Shown here in pieces: positions 62,211 to 64,000 of a DNA stretch of 64,000 bases. The notes below the pieces were generated by a model. That model was not told where the DNA came from. It ran no database searches and saw nothing but the letters and a program-made list of their open reading frames with translations. The DNA is from Mobula hypostoma. Taxonomy: Eukaryota. The position numbers and the translations under genes were made by a program. How positions within the stretch are numbered: the stretch's first letter is position 1; each line of letters begins with the position of its first letter. The stretch lies in the NCBI RefSeq assembly GCF_963921235.1, contig NC_086108.1:1488001-1552000 (forward strand). The letters run 5' to 3'.

Positions 62211-62693
62211 TTACTAATGACATAATGAATTGAATGAACTTCTTACAGAAAACTGAACTCCAGTTGCTGATCGCTGGTGCTGGAAAGTGTCATGCTGACT
62301 GCTACACTATCATGGTCTCAGCTCAAAACGTCAATAGTTTGGTCATTTCCATTGCCGCTGCTCGACCTGCTGAGTTCCTCGTGTGTTTTGTGCTAGTTAC
62401 TAATATGGCCCCCGGTTGCGGCCCCGATTCTTTTACAGCACGAGCGAGCTTCTTTTGAATCCCACCGCTGTCTGTAAAAAGCCTCAGAGTTGTAAACTCA
62501 GCTAGCTCCATCACTGGAAGTAGCCTCGCCACCATCCACGACATCTTCAAAGAGTAACGCCTCAAAAAAGAAATGTGGCATCCACCATTCAGAACCCCAC
62601 CACCCAGGACAGGCCCTCTTCTCATTCCTACCATCAGGGAGCCCAAAGACACACTCCCAACCTTTTTGGAACAGCGTCTTCCCCTCCGAGACC

Positions 62694-63360
62694 TTAGCCT
62701 TTGTTAAAATCCTTTTCCTCGAGTTTTATTTCAATGGCTTTCTGTTCCAGGTGGTCCCAAAAGCCATTGGCACAGCACAGTAGCTTTCTGCTGGTGAAGT
62801 CAATCCTACGGCCATTGTGAATGCAGTGCTCTGTTACCACCCGATCTCTCTGGGTAAACCAAACAGGTACACGTCCTGTGCTCCTCGATGCACCTTTCCA
62901 CTGTGTGTCCCACCTGGCCAATATGCCTTGCTGTGCATTCACAGGGAATCCTGTAAGTGTCTGCCGACCCGAGTCCCAGGTCAACTTTGACCTGCATAAG
63001 CTGTGATTTGAGCTTTCTTATGGGTTTGTGGATGGTATAAATATGGTATTTCTTTAGGATCCTAATAATTCTTCCAGAAACCGTGGAAAAATAGAGAAGC
63101 CAGGCTAACGGAAAAGAAATTCAACAAAGATGAAGGTCTCACTCTAACTAAGACCTGGAATTCGATTGTAAGCAAGGTGGGAGACTGGAAACCTGATTGG
63201 ATGAGGTCTAACCAATCAGAAGGGATGGATGACAGGGGTGCAAATACCACCGGACTAGACATGCCCAGGCAACATCCCTGAAGAAGATGGCAGAGACTGT
63301 CATCAAAAACAATTAGTTATAATTGATACCTGTGCCCATCTGAAAGCCTGAGAAGAGTTT
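62694..63360. mobile_element. Penelope-like element remnant: GIY-YIG endonuclease fragment (-) plus inverted terminal repeat (+)
   Basis: Minus-strand frames give YRIPCECTARHIGQVGHTVERCIEEH and EHCIHNGRRIDF...AIEIKLEEKDFNK, a degenerate GIY-YIG. The plus strand at ~63105-63190 repeats the EKKFNKDEG segment and is followed by a degenerate hammerhead motif at 63278. Confidence 0.75.
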
Positions 63361-63887
63361 ATTTGTAAGAGGGAGAGTTTTACATTGATGTTCAGGATTT
63401 TAAAAAAGCGGTCAGTGTTTGTACCAGGTTGGTGTTTGAAGTAGGTACAACAGTGGTGTTTAAAAGATGCTCAGAAGGTGTATGGAATAGAGGGATTTGC
63501 ACCATGTACAGATACAATAGGTTAGGTTTAACTGGGCATTGCACACAGGAGTCACGTTACAGGCTGAAGGGCCTATTCCAGAGTTATGTTAGACCGTAGA
63601 CTATGACACAGGAGCAGAATTAGGCCATTCAGTAAAGTGAGTCTGCTCCGGGATTCAATCATGTCCGACTCTCCTGCTGTCTTCTCGTAAGCTTTGACCT
63701 TCTGACTCATCAACTTCCACTTTAAATAGACCCAATGACTTGGCCTCCACAGCATCTCTGTGGCAATGAATTCCAAAGATTCAGCACCCTCTGGATAAAG
63801 AAATTCCTCCTCATCTCCGTTCTACAGTGACACCCTCTGCTCTGTCTCCCTCCCCTCCACACCTAACAGAGTGGGTACTGCACTCAC

Positions 63888-64000
63888 CTGGACGGTGGGG
63901 AGGGTCTTGTTGAGTTCTGTCGTACTCTCTCCGGGGATGCTCCCTGCCGACCGACCCTCGCACTCGTAGCGGAACCTCATTCCCCGCTGCTTTGGCTGCT
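63888..64000 (-). CDS. relb: RelB-like NF-kB subunit, RHD N-terminal coding exon (runs off window end)
   Basis: Reverse strand reads (E)[37 protein letters not shown], containing the Rel DNA-recognition loop RFRYxCEG. RYECEG is the RelB-type form. Ends at donor CAG|GTGAGT, phase 0. Confidence 0.93.

Overview
Eukaryotic, repeat-dense vertebrate DNA. The mix of V-SINE-like, CR1 and Penelope repeats suggests a cartilaginous fish (shark or ray); this is an inference. The only host gene visible is an NF-kB/Rel-family transcription factor on the minus strand, best called relb. I reconstructed nine coding exons by hand: eight introns, all GT-AG and phase-compatible, running from 64000 (5'-truncated) down to a TGA at 26666. 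They encode about 434 aa: most of the Rel homology region, the dimerisation domain, the NLS and an acidic C-terminal tail. A probable 3'UTR end with a poly(A) signal lies near 19.1 kb. Most of the rest is transposon-derived: four near-identical young CR1 LINE copies (two about 3 kb), many older CR1 and Rex1/L2-like fragments, V-SINE-like elements, Penelope-like pieces carrying minimal hammerhead-ribozyme motifs, two deleted DNA transposons with CAC-type ends and TWA duplications (Chapaev3-like), an R4/Dong-like fragment at a TAA repeat, a Tc1-like MITE, a 95-bp x~10 LINE-derived tandem array and a 1.9-kb G-rich minisatellite. Several small non-repetitive islands carry dense kB/IRF/octamer/AP-1 motif clusters and are candidate autoregulatory enhancers. 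Most ORFs in the supplied track are TE fragments or spurious. TE boundaries are approximate unless a target-site duplication (TSD) is given.
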